A stretch of 64,000 bases of DNA from assembly GCA_964496505.1 (NCBI GenBank), contig CAZBZV010000002.1, positions 37,179 through 101,178 on the forward strand. The letters are read 5' to 3'. Positions 10,318-19,756 of this stretch are shown here, one piece after another. The notes below the pieces were generated by a model, which was not told where the DNA came from, searched no databases, and worked only from the letters and a program-made list of their open reading frames with translations. Both the position numbers and the translations under genes were made by a program. This stretch comes from an uncultured Ignavibacteria bacterium (GTDB lineage Bacteria; Zixibacteria; MSB-5A5; JAABVY01). Position 1 is the first letter of the stretch. Each line of letters begins with the position of its first letter.

Positions 10318-10752
10318 CTATTTCAAATCCGATATCAATTCAGGATTCTGCTTCCATTTCAGCATATCTGCCAGAGTGTATTTCTGGAATTGATCCAGGA
10401 TGCAGGTAAGAGTCAGCTTCAGAAGATGTCTTACCGGGCAGTTGGCACTCTTGTCGCATTCCCGGTGGTCATGAATGCATTTCGCCAGAAAATAAGGTCC
10501 CTGAATTGTTTCTACCAGTTCTCTTACGGTGATATCCTCGGGCGCTCTGGCAAGCGTGAATCCGCCTTTTACACCCCGATGCGATTTCACTATCCCCGCT
10601 TTGGAAAGGGACTGGAAAATCTTGGCCAGGAATTTCTCCGGCACATCCTGTTCTCTGGAAACCTCTGATAAAGGCACAACACGGCCGTTATCCTGTTCGG
10701 CCAGATAAAGCACTCCGTACAGACCGTAATCTTCAGCTTTAGTAAATCTCAT
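10318..10752 (-). CDS. Rrf2-family (IscR-like) transcriptional regulator, heading the dcd-PFOR gene string
   Basis: The N-terminal wing-helix segment [18 protein letters not shown] is Rrf2-like. Three cysteines in the stretch [15 protein letters not shown] are candidate Fe-S ligands. Confidence 0.7.
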   Translation of the reverse strand: MRFTKAEDYGLYGVLYLAEQDNGRVVPLSEVSREQDVPEKFLAKIFQSLSKAGIVKSHRGVKGGFTLARAPEDITVRELVETIQGPYFLAKCIHDHRECDKSANCPVRHLLKLTLTCILDQFQKYTLADMLKWKQNPELISDLK

Positions 10753-10888
10753 AAATTCCCCTAACCCAATGGCTGCCTTAACGGCACGTTGTCATAAATT
10801 TAATTCACAAAAATACGAATCGCACTTGCAAAATTGTTGAGTAAATTTATATTCTATTCGACTCAAATGCAAATAAAGAATATATATT

Positions 10889-10938
10889 TTGACTTGTTTT
10901 GTGTCAAGAAAATGTTTGATAATTCTTTCACAAACATT
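10889..10938. promoter_or_regulatory. Two palindromes in the divergent Rrf2 / FAD-oxidase intergenic region, proposed as operator candidates
   Basis: The first palindrome is TTGACttgttttgtGTCAA. The second is AATGTTTG-n12-CAAACATT. Both lie in an AT-rich 260-bp gap. Confidence 0.3.
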
Positions 10939-11015
10939 TCTTTCTATTTTATTGAAATTGCATTAGTTAAAGATATTTCATAAATTTAATTCATATATTA
11001 TACGTATTCTTTTAA

Positions 11016-13757
11016 ATGAAGCGCAAAATCAGAAATCAGCTTAAATCGATAATCGGCGCGGGCAATGTTCTGACCTCAAAGGCCGAGCTGGAAGCTTATG
11101 CCTCTGACGCTTCGATTTACAAAGCCTATCCGCAGGCAATTATCACCCCGGAAACTTACAGGCAGCTTAGAAATACCGTTAATATATTACGGCAGAACGG
11201 TTTAATGATTACGCCTCGGGGCGGCGGATCGGGCCTGGCCGGAGGCGCGGTTTCGGAAAATATTATAATCGACTTCTCTAAATTGAACCGGGTTCTCTCC
11301 TGTGATATACACGGCAAAACCGTCAAGGTCGAATGCGGCATTGTTTACGATCGCTTAAACCGTTATCTTGCAAATAAGGGGCTATTTTTTCCACCCGATC
11401 CATCCTCCGGAGATACCTGTCAAATAGGAGGCATGCTGGGCAACAACTCCTCCGGCGCAAGGTCTGTCAAGTACGGCACAACCCGCAAATATGTGGAAGA
11501 ACTGCACGTTATACTGCCAGATGGCCGCGATATGATTGCGCGTGATTTAAAGGTCGATTCGAAAGGGCTGGAGAGATTCTTTTCGAAATATCCGGAATTC
11601 GAAAATATTTATCGGTTAATTTCCGGCAACCGCGATGAAATCCTCAAGGCTTATCCCAATCTCAGGAAAAATGTCTGCGGGTATGATTTAAAGACCATGG
11701 CAGAGAAGCTGGATCAGGGAATTTTCGCAGTGCCTCAGCTTTTTATCGGCTCCGAAGGCACTTTGGGACTTTTCGTATCGGCGAAGCTCCGGCTTCTGCC
11801 ACTTCCCAAGGACAAGCTTACCTCATTGATTCTTTTTGAGAAACTGAATCAGGTGGGTGATGCCACTCTCGATTTCCTGAATCTGGAGCCGGCCGGACTG
11901 GAGCTTATTGACGGCAACACGCTCGATTTGATCGGCCGCGAGCGCTTCGACCTGCCGCCCTCGGCTGAAGCAATACTGATAGTGGAATTCGACGATCCGC
12001 CTTTTGATGAGAAGGTGGCAGGCTTAAAGGAATATCTGCGGAAATATAAGCTTTCAAGCGATCCAATTTTCGAGACTGATCCCAAAAAGCAGTCGGCCCT
12101 GTGGGGCGCACGTAAAGCAATTGTACCAACTTTATACAGGCTGGACGAAAATGCCCGGCCCTGGGGATTTATCGAGGACGCCGCAATACCGTCAGAAAAA
12201 ATGCCGGATTTTATCCGCTTTTTAAACGGCCTTTTTGAGGAAAACGGCCTCACATGCGGTATATTCGGTCATATCGGCGATGGCAACCTGCATGTCCGCC
12301 CGGCCGTCAATCTCGCCTCAGAGGGCGGCCAGAAGCTCGCCAGAAGCCTTTTTGACCGTGTCTATGACAAAATATTCGAGCTGGGCGGCTCCGCCACGGC
12401 TGAACACGGCGACGGCCATCTGCGGGCCGAGGTCATACACAAAATGTATGGTGATAAAATCTATGACCTATTTTTGCGAATCAAGGAGCAACTCGATCCC
12501 GATTCGAAACTCAATCCCGAAGTGCTATTATCCAAACGAGATTTTCTTCAAAATGTTGATATAGAGAAAGTGGTGCGGGAATGCGCCGCCTGCGGTAAGT
12601 GCAATAACTACTGCCCCAGTTTCGAGGTCTATAAGAGCGAAAATATGGCTGCGCGGGGATGGGTGCGGGTTATGCTTTCGGAAAATTTCAACCGCCGCGA
12701 TGCGGCCAGAGAACTTGAAGGATGTCTAAATTGCAAATCCTGCTTTATTGTCTGTCCTGCCGGTGTCGATGTCTCCCGTTATGTCACTCAGCGCCGCCAC
12801 GAGCATCCCACATTCTGGGGCAAGCGGATATTCGGGCTGATGCGAAATCAGAAGCGCTTTGAATATCTGGCCAGGTTCAACGGCAGAATCCTGCGTCTTC
12901 TTGATAACAAAGCGATGCGCCCGCTTCTGGAACTGGGCTCCGCGCCGTTTGCAAAGGTCGACCGCAAAAGACTGCTGCCGACATTCGCGAAAAAGACTCT
13001 TCGTCAAAAATATTCGCATCTTACAGGTGATAACGGGGGAGAGGTTGCTTATTTCTACGGCTGCGCGGATAATCTTCTGGAATCAAACACAGGATCATCG
13101 CTGATAAATGTTCTCGAAAAACATGGGTTCAAGGTCTCTCTGCCAGAGCAAAAATGCTGCGGTATGCCCCAGCAGACCTATGGATTTTTCGACTATGAAA
13201 AGGAAAATGCTATATATAATCTGGAATCTCTGGACCGCTATAAATATATAGTCTTTAGCTGTGCCACCTGCCTGGGTCAGGTGCTTTCATATCCGCATCT
13301 ATTTAAAGAGGGCGACCGATATTACGATACAGCCAAATCCGTGGCCTCGAAATGTTATGATATCTCGGAATTCATTTTACGCTTTGTCGATTTGAAATTC
13401 TCAGGCAATGGCCTGCCGCGCCGGAGAATTACTTTCCATCAACCCTGCCATCTGCGTGAAGCCGGGCGCCAGGACCAGGCCGAAGAGCTTTTGAAAAATC
13501 TACCGGGTATGCAGTATTTGCCTATGGAAGATGCTGATTTCTGCTGTGGATCGGCAGGCACCTACAGTATATTCCATTATGAAAATTCGATGAAGATTTT
13601 TGACCGCAAGAAGCGGGCGGTTGAAAAGATCAATCCGGATCTGATTTTAACCAACTGCCCCACCTGCATTCTGCAATTTCAGGACGGCCTCAAATCGCGT
13701 CAGATTGCCCGCCATTCGGTGGAACTGATAAACCGTCTCTGTGTTGTGGATGAATAA
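11016..13757 (+). CDS. FAD-linked oxidase fused to a 4Fe-4S / CCG (cysteine-rich) domain. This is a GlcD-GlcF or D-lactate dehydrogenase-like fusion.
   Basis: The N-terminus has an FAD-binding PCMH-type region (ITPRGGGSGLAGG). The middle has a CAACGKCNNYCP ferredoxin-like motif. The C-terminus has two CCG-type Cys clusters, CCGMPQQ and FCCGSAG. Confidence 0.8.
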   Translation: MKRKIRNQLKSIIGAGNVLTSKAELEAYASDASIYKAYPQAIITPETYRQLRNTVNILRQNGLMITPRGGGSGLAGGAVSENIIIDFSKLNRVLSCDIHGKTVKVECGIVYDRLNRYLANKGLFFPPDPSSGDTCQIGGMLGNNSSGARSVKYGTTRKYVEELHVILPDGRDMIARDLKVDSKGLERFFSKYPEFENIYRLISGNRDEILKAYPNLRKNVCGYDLKTMAEKLDQGIFAVPQLFIGSEGTLGLFVSAKLRLLPLPKDKLTSLILFEKLNQVGDATLDFLNLEPAGLELIDGNTLDLIGRERFDLPPSAEAILIVEFDDPPFDEKVAGLKEYLRKYKLSSDPIFETDPKKQSALWGARKAIVPTLYRLDENARPWGFIEDAAIPSEKMPDFIRFLNGLFEENGLTCGIFGHIGDGNLHVRPAVNLASEGGQKLARSLFDRVYDKIFELGGSATAEHGDGHLRAEVIHKMYGDKIYDLFLRIKEQLDPDSKLNPEVLLSKRDFLQNVDIEKVVRECAACGKCNNYCPSFEVYKSENMAARGWVRVMLSENFNRRDAARELEGCLNCKSCFIVCPAGVDVSRYVTQRRHEHPTFWGKRIFGLMRNQKRFEYLARFNGRILRLLDNKAMRPLLELGSAPFAKVDRKRLLPTFAKKTLRQKYSHLTGDNGGEVAYFYGCADNLLESNTGSSLINVLEKHGFKVSLPEQKCCGMPQQTYGFFDYEKENAIYNLESLDRYKYIVFSCATCLGQVLSYPHLFKEGDRYYDTAKSVASKCYDISEFILRFVDLKFSGNGLPRRRITFHQPCHLREAGRQDQAEELLKNLPGMQYLPMEDADFCCGSAGTYSIFHYENSMKIFDRKKRAVEKINPDLILTNCPTCILQFQDGLKSRQIARHSVELINRLCVVDE

Positions 13758-13772
13758 ATAAAAGGAGGATGG

Positions 13773-14321
13773 ATGAGCGAGGAGAAACAGGAAACCAGAG
13801 GACTGGTGATCGTATATACCGGGCACGGCAAAGGCAAAACCACGGCCGCGCTGGGGATGTGCATTCGCGCGGCTGGATACGAGAAAAAGGTGAGAATTAT
13901 TCAGTTTATCAAGGGCACCTGGAAATACGGAGAGATGGACGGCATCAAACTGCTCAAGCCGTATGTCGAGATGGAACAACGCGGCAAGGGCTTTGTGGGA
14001 ATCGTTGACGACAAAGAGGATATCTCCACACACATTCGCGCCGCCGAGGAAGCCCTTGAGTATTCTCGCGAAGCTATGGAATCCGGCAAGTATGATCATC
14101 TGATTCTGGATGAGATAAATGTGGCACTGAATCTGAACCTTATCAAGGTTGAAGATGTTCTCCAGCTGATTAAAGATAAACCCGAGGAGCTTCACTTGAT
14201 CCTTACCGGGCGCGACGCTCCCCAGGAGCTGATAGATGCGGCGGATTTGGTAACCGAGATGCGTGAGATAAAACATCCTTTCCAGAAGGGAATAATGGCT
14301 CAGCAGGGTGTTGACTATTGA
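13773..14321 (+). CDS. cobO: Cob(I)yrinic acid a,c-diamide / cob(I)alamin adenosyltransferase of the CobO/BtuR type
   Basis: The segment VIVYTGHGKGKTTAALGMCIRAAG includes a P-loop. The size, 182 aa, fits the family. Confidence 0.75.
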   Translation: MSEEKQETRGLVIVYTGHGKGKTTAALGMCIRAAGYEKKVRIIQFIKGTWKYGEMDGIKLLKPYVEMEQRGKGFVGIVDDKEDISTHIRAAEEALEYSREAMESGKYDHLILDEINVALNLNLIKVEDVLQLIKDKPEELHLILTGRDAPQELIDAADLVTEMREIKHPFQKGIMAQQGVDY

Positions 14322-14386
14322 TTTTACAATCTGAGTATGTATATTTAGCCAGAGAATTTCTGAGAATGCAGTAAGGAGATGGTTAA

Positions 14387-15331
14387 ATGAGTGTTGACTA
14401 CGATATTATCATAATCGGCGGCGGACCCGGCGGACTTACGGCCGGTCTTTATGCCGCTCGTGCCAATATGAATGCGGTGCTACTTGAGAAAGCCCTTCCG
14501 GGCGGACAGATCGCGAATACACATGAGGTCGAGGACTATCCCGGATTCGAGCATATAGGCGGCCCCGAGCTTGCCTCCAAAATGGAAAATCATGCCAAAA
14601 AATTCGGTCTGGAGGTAAAGACAACCGGAGCTGAGGAAGTCTGGTGCGAGGGGGATGAGCGCGTGGTCAAGACATCTGACGGCCAGGAGCTGCGAGCCTA
14701 TGCCATTATTCTGGCTACTGGCGGGTCGCCCAATCTGCTTCACGTTCCGGGTGAAAAGGAACTCTCCGGACTGGGAGTATCTTACTGTGCAATTTGTGAC
14801 GGAGCATTCTTCAAAGATCAGGTAATTGTGGTTGTGGGCGGCGGAGACGCCGCGGTCGAGGAAGGAATGTTTCTGACCAGATTCGGATCGAAGGTCATTA
14901 TTATCCATCGCCGCGACGAGCTTCGTGCGGCCAAGATCATTCAGAAGCGCGCATTCGCGAATCCCAAAATCGAATTCGTATGGGATTCTGTCGTGGAAAA
15001 GATTAACGGTGATCAGAAAGTAAATTCGGTCTCAGTGAAAAATGTCAAGACCGGCGAAACCTCACAGATTGACTGCGGAGCTGTATTTATTTTTATCGGC
15101 TTCAAGCCCAACAGCGATCTGGTACGTGAGGAGATGAAGAAGGATGAAACCGGTTATATAATCACCGACACCAGTATGCAAACCTCGGTGCCGGGAATTT
15201 ATGCCTGCGGGGATGTGCGACATCAGCTCGTTAAGCAGATTACCAATGCGGTAGGTGATGCTACCACTGCGGCGGTTGCGGCCGAAAAATATATAGAGAC
15301 GATTCACGATAAGGAACTTATCAATCAATAA
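14387..15331 (+). CDS. trxB: Thioredoxin-disulfide reductase
   Basis: The FAD-binding motif GGGPGG and the redox-active CAICDG are present. The length is 314 aa. Confidence 0.9.
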   Translation: MSVDYDIIIIGGGPGGLTAGLYAARANMNAVLLEKALPGGQIANTHEVEDYPGFEHIGGPELASKMENHAKKFGLEVKTTGAEEVWCEGDERVVKTSDGQELRAYAIILATGGSPNLLHVPGEKELSGLGVSYCAICDGAFFKDQVIVVVGGGDAAVEEGMFLTRFGSKVIIIHRRDELRAAKIIQKRAFANPKIEFVWDSVVEKINGDQKVNSVSVKNVKTGETSQIDCGAVFIFIGFKPNSDLVREEMKKDETGYIITDTSMQTSVPGIYACGDVRHQLVKQITNAVGDATTAAVAAEKYIETIHDKELINQ

Positions 15332-15388
15332 GTCTTTGTAAAATTATGAGAATATATTTGCGCCGGAAGAGGATTCCGGCGCAAATTT

Positions 15389-16294
15389 TTGCTGATTGGA
15401 TTCAAAAAGGATATGCCCCAGAAGATTGAAAAGGACAGGCTGAGAAAGCCAAACTGGTTTAAGATAAAAGCTCCGCTTGGTACCAACTACCGCGAGGTGC
15501 GCAGCCTGATGGAGTCCTACGGTCTGCATACCGTCTGCCAGGAAGCTAACTGCCCTAATCGGGCCGAATGTTACGGGGCCAAAACAGCGACCTTTCTGAT
15601 TCTGGGAGATGTCTGCACACGCGGTTGCACATTCTGTAATGTAAAGCGCGGCAGACCTCAGGGGCTGGATCAAAACGAGCCGGAGCGGGTAGCTCAGGCT
15701 GCAAAAAAGCTCGGCCTGAAATATGTTGTAGTAACCTCGGTTACCAGAGACGATCTTCCCGACGGCGGAGCCTCAGGTTTTGCCGAGACTATACACGCAA
15801 TTCGAGAAATAAATCAGGAATGTAAAGTCGAGGTATTGATACCCGATTTCCGCGGCAATTATGAAGCTTTGAAAACAGTGCTCGATGCCGGGCCGGATGT
15901 TTTGAATCACAATGTCGAGACAATCGAACGCCTTTATCCCGAAGTCAGAAAGGGCGCAAATTACCGGCGCTCGCTGGAATTAATCGAACGCGTGAAATCC
16001 TATGCGCCGGAAATTCCGGCCAAATCCGGCCTGATGGTCGGGTTGGGGGAAAGCGTTGATGAAATCCGGAAGGCTTTTGAGGATTTGCACAAATCAGGCT
16101 GCCGGCTGCTGACTATAGGGCAATACCTGGCGCCCTCGGAGAAACATCACCCGGTAATTGCCTATTACACCCCGGAGGAGTTTGACGAGCTTAAAAAGAT
16201 CGCGCTTGATATTGGATTTGACGGTGTCGTTTCAGGACCACTGATCCGATCTTCGTACCAGGCCTCGAAAATGTATGATGATACAGAAGAATAA
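15389..16294 (+). CDS. lipA: Lipoyl synthase (radical SAM)
   Basis: Cysteine clusters CxxxxCxxxxxC (CPNRAECYG) and CTRGCTFC are present. Confidence 0.9.
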   Translation: MLIGFKKDMPQKIEKDRLRKPNWFKIKAPLGTNYREVRSLMESYGLHTVCQEANCPNRAECYGAKTATFLILGDVCTRGCTFCNVKRGRPQGLDQNEPERVAQAAKKLGLKYVVVTSVTRDDLPDGGASGFAETIHAIREINQECKVEVLIPDFRGNYEALKTVLDAGPDVLNHNVETIERLYPEVRKGANYRRSLELIERVKSYAPEIPAKSGLMVGLGESVDEIRKAFEDLHKSGCRLLTIGQYLAPSEKHHPVIAYYTPEEFDELKKIALDIGFDGVVSGPLIRSSYQASKMYDDTEE

Positions 16295-16303
16295 GGTTAG
16301 CGC

Positions 16304-16912
16304 TTACTTAAATTCTTTCAGGCTCTTTCTATAAAAATCCAGCTCGCCTTTCAAAAATCGTATCCTGTGCTGAAAAGCCAGCCGCTCACCGCCGGACATC
16401 TTCTTTTCCCCGGTTTCTTTTATCCGGAAATCCTTTTGCACTTCCTCAAGGCGGCTTTTTAGGAATGCAATACGGTTTTCGATCATAATTTTAATCTGCT
16501 CTTCCGGGATTTCCAGCCGTTCAGCCAGTCCGATAACAAGATCGAAAGGGAAAAACTGCTCGTTCGAAATCAGATCATCGTCATTGCGAATACCGTCCAA
16601 AAGTTTTAACGCCTCGGGGGTTACAGAATAGATTTTCTGTGCCGGTTTCGATTTGGCGGGCTTGATTTCAACTGAAACAAGGCCGTTATCTTTTAGGCGT
16701 CTGAGCGAATAATAGATATGCGGGATGGAATACTGAATCCACGCATCAACTTTATCATCTTTTAATTTTTCCGAGAGTTTATACACGTGCATAGGGGCGG
16801 ATTTTAGATATGCCATTATGATATAGTCGGTTGGATTTAGTTTCATATCCCGTAATAAGAGCTGTTTTATAAGTATGTCAAGAGCTGTTTGTAAGGGATA
16901 TTTTATGTTCAA
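16304..16912 (-). CDS. Putative PadR-like winged-helix transcriptional regulator
   Basis: The N-terminal wHTH-like segment DYIIMAYLKSAPMHVYKL...GLVSVE is followed by a coiled C-terminus. The assignment is weak. Confidence 0.35.
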   Translation of the reverse strand: MNIKYPLQTALDILIKQLLLRDMKLNPTDYIIMAYLKSAPMHVYKLSEKLKDDKVDAWIQYSIPHIYYSLRRLKDNGLVSVEIKPAKSKPAQKIYSVTPEALKLLDGIRNDDDLISNEQFFPFDLVIGLAERLEIPEEQIKIMIENRIAFLKSRLEEVQKDFRIKETGEKKMSGGERLAFQHRIRFLKGELDFYRKSLKEFK

Positions 16913-17013
16913 AAATCACACATAACAAATGGCTTAACTATGCCGAAAACTACCTAAAGACCGGGTTTTAATAACTTAAAAACAGGTGTACGCTGCAGAG
17001 AGACAGACCGATA

Positions 17014-18543
17014 ATGAAGCCAGAAAGCACCGCATCAGAAAAATATAATCTCGTCGTCGTTGATGATGAGAAATTTATCTGTGAAATCATAAGGGAAGTT
17101 CTCTCCACTGATGACAGGTATTCCTCGCGATATTTTTCATCCCCGGCGCGCGCATTAAACTACATCAACAAACATCCGGTAGATCTTGTACTCACTGATT
17201 TCTTTATGGGCCAGCACAGCGGAATGGATATTCTAGAGGCTACCCGCAGACGTCACCCGGAAGCGATCGTTATCGTAATGACCGGCCATCCCACCATAGA
17301 AAATGTTATCTCGGTTCTCAAGCTGGGTGCCTATGATTATATCGTCAAGCCGTTTAAGCTCGATACGCTGAAATTGACGGTTGAAAGGGGCCTGAAAGCC
17401 CAGAGGCTGGCCAAGGAAAATATGCACTTGAAGAGCCTGATTTCGCTCTATCAGATCTCCGAGGCCATGGGCTCTACTATTCATCTCAATTCCCTGCTCA
17501 ATCTGGTACTCCACTCCATAGTCGATGAATTCAATGCCGACCTTGTTTCTATCTCGCTCTGGGATCCGCATCGGGACTGCCTTACACTGGAGGCTTATTA
17601 CGGCGATGAGGCCGATATAAAACAAAATCCGCTTTTATCCGGAAAGTCGGAAATAAATTACAAGGTGCTGAAAGAATCCCGTCCGCAGGTGGTCAATGAG
17701 CTGGAGGATATCCCCGAGCAGGATGTAACATCCTACATTTCCCTGGTCTGCCATCCGCTTCTGGTTCAGGGAAATGTAATCGGCACCCTTAATCTGCTGC
17801 GCAAAGGGCAGTTCGACATGTTCGGCCTGGGCGATATTCATTTGCTCTGGATTCTGGCCTCGAAAGCGGCAACAGCAATCGAGCATTCGCGCCTCTACAC
17901 CGAACTGGAGCAGGCCTATATCGGCACGGTTAGAGCATTTGCCAATGCTGTCGAGGCGCGCGACAACTACACCCGTGGTCACACCGAACGTGTTTATAAA
18001 ATCGCCTCCTTGATAGCCCGCGCTCTGGATTGGCCCGAGGAGCAAATGAAGCATCTCTACATGGGCTGTGTCCTGCACGACATCGGTAAAATCGGCGTGC
18101 CTGATTCGATTCTAAATAAGCCGGGACGTTTCACCGATGAGGAGCGCCGAATTATGCAGATGCATCCTGAGACCGGAGTTAAAATGCTGGAAGGTATACC
18201 GATGCTCGAGCCGGCTCTGCCGTTCATCCTCTATCACCACGAGCAGTATGACGGCAGCGGCTATCCGCTAGGACTAAAAGGCGAGAATATTCCGATCGAG
18301 GGACGGGTTCTGGCGATTGCCGATACTGTCGATGCCATCCTGACCAACCGCCCCTATCGCAAAGGCGCCTCTCTTGAAAAGGTCTCCCGGGAATTGACCG
18401 AATGCAGCGGAAGGCAGTTCGATCCGGAGCTGGTAGAGATATTTCTTGGGGTTTTAAAAGCTAATAAGGATGAGTTCTCCGCGATTTACGGCAATGTGGA
18501 GGAAGTGAACCAGCAGACTTTCACCTCCTCATTTTCCTCCTGA
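17014..18543 (+). CDS. Response regulator with receiver (REC), GAF and HD-GYP domains. HD-GYP domains are c-di-GMP phosphodiesterases.
   Basis: The receiver domain reads LVVVDDE...DLVLTDFFMG. The HD-GYP motifs are HDIGKIGVP and HHEQYDGSGYPLGL. Confidence 0.8.
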   Translation: MKPESTASEKYNLVVVDDEKFICEIIREVLSTDDRYSSRYFSSPARALNYINKHPVDLVLTDFFMGQHSGMDILEATRRRHPEAIVIVMTGHPTIENVISVLKLGAYDYIVKPFKLDTLKLTVERGLKAQRLAKENMHLKSLISLYQISEAMGSTIHLNSLLNLVLHSIVDEFNADLVSISLWDPHRDCLTLEAYYGDEADIKQNPLLSGKSEINYKVLKESRPQVVNELEDIPEQDVTSYISLVCHPLLVQGNVIGTLNLLRKGQFDMFGLGDIHLLWILASKAATAIEHSRLYTELEQAYIGTVRAFANAVEARDNYTRGHTERVYKIASLIARALDWPEEQMKHLYMGCVLHDIGKIGVPDSILNKPGRFTDEERRIMQMHPETGVKMLEGIPMLEPALPFILYHHEQYDGSGYPLGLKGENIPIEGRVLAIADTVDAILTNRPYRKGASLEKVSRELTECSGRQFDPELVEIFLGVLKANKDEFSAIYGNVEEVNQQTFTSSFSS

Positions 18544-18555
18544 GAAATCCCGTTT

Positions 18556-19659
18556 TCACTGCGCGATTACGAATTTCAGAGGAATCGGAATAAAGGTCAA
18601 AATAAACAGGGCGATCGATATCCATCCCAGAATTACGCGGCTCCGGTCAAGCTTAACCGCATCATTAAGCGTAGGGGGATGTTTTAGCTTTATTATAACA
18701 ACCGCCAGAAAGGCCCAGACAAACCATCCCGGCCAAAAAAATCCCATCGCCACCAGACCGGCCACAACAACCCAGGCCAAATAAAGCTGCAGCTTTTTCC
18801 CGAACATGGCATAGATAATATGTCCGCCGTCGAGCTGTCCCACAGGCATCAGGTTTATCATGGTAACGAATAAGCCCACCCATCCGGCAAAAATTGTAGG
18901 AGACATTATAAGAGTGTATCCTTCCGGCACCGGTGAGACGAAAAGCATCTTTAAAAGATAGTAAATCAGCGACTGTCCCATCAGAAGATGTCCGGTGCCC
19001 AGCGGCTGATCGCCGATCGCAATAGCTTCGGCATTGCTAAAACCCACAGCCAGGATTATAACAGCCGGCACAAAGCCTGCCAGCGGGCCTGCCGCCCCGA
19101 CATCAAAAAGCTCCCGACGGGTCTTGAAGGGGGAACGGGATTTTATTACCGCACCCAGCGTTCCGATCAAAGTCGGCGCCGGAATAAAATAGGGCAGGCT
19201 GACATCGGCCTTATTGCGGCGGGCGGCAAGATAATGGCCGAACTCATGAAAGAGCAGGATCGGCATCAGGGCCAGCGCGAACTTGATGCCCTCGGACATC
19301 AGGCTGAAATCCCTGAAAATCTCCGAGTCATATTTGATATAGCCGTAGGCGATAATCATGGAAGCCAGGGTAAGCACGAAGAGCAGTATGTTGAGCCAGG
19401 GGATCCTTTTGGTCTTGGGCCTGATATCCTTGGCAACAATCAGGAGCGAATCGCCGTCCTGAAAGAAGGCCAGATAGAATCCGGCCTCGTAAGCCTGCTT
19501 CGCGAGCCTGTCCTTGAAATCCTCCAGGGGCATTCGCGGGGTCGCCTTGAATATCAAGTCCTCGCCACGATGATATATGGCTTCCACACTCACATATTCT
19601 CGGAAGTAAGGGTAAAGCAGTTTGCCCGCCTGGCGCAGTTCTTCGTTATTGTCCGGCAT
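18556..19659 (-). CDS. M50 (site-2 protease) family membrane metalloprotease with an N-terminal cytoplasmic extension
   Basis: The zinc-binding HEFGHY (HExxH) motif and the LDGGH motif are both present. Several transmembrane segments are predicted. Confidence 0.7.
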   Translation of the reverse strand: MPDNNEELRQAGKLLYPYFREYVSVEAIYHRGEDLIFKATPRMPLEDFKDRLAKQAYEAGFYLAFFQDGDSLLIVAKDIRPKTKRIPWLNILLFVLTLASMIIAYGYIKYDSEIFRDFSLMSEGIKFALALMPILLFHEFGHYLAARRNKADVSLPYFIPAPTLIGTLGAVIKSRSPFKTRRELFDVGAAGPLAGFVPAVIILAVGFSNAEAIAIGDQPLGTGHLLMGQSLIYYLLKMLFVSPVPEGYTLIMSPTIFAGWVGLFVTMINLMPVGQLDGGHIIYAMFGKKLQLYLAWVVVAGLVAMGFFWPGWFVWAFLAVVIIKLKHPPTLNDAVKLDRSRVILGWISIALFILTFIPIPLKFVIAQ

Positions 19660-19698
19660 AGAGGTATCGATTCCAGGTTAAAAAACTAAAATCTAAGC

Positions 19699-19738
19699 AA
19701 AAAAAAAGGGAAAGCAAGCAAAACTTGCTTTCCCTGAA
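19699..19738 (-). terminator. Rho-independent terminator for the 19757..23554 gene
   Basis: An A-run precedes the hairpin GGGAAAGCAAG-caaaa-CTTGCTTTCCC, which reads as a T-run on the minus strand. Confidence 0.55.
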
Positions 19739-19756
19739 TCTATTAGAATCGATTTA

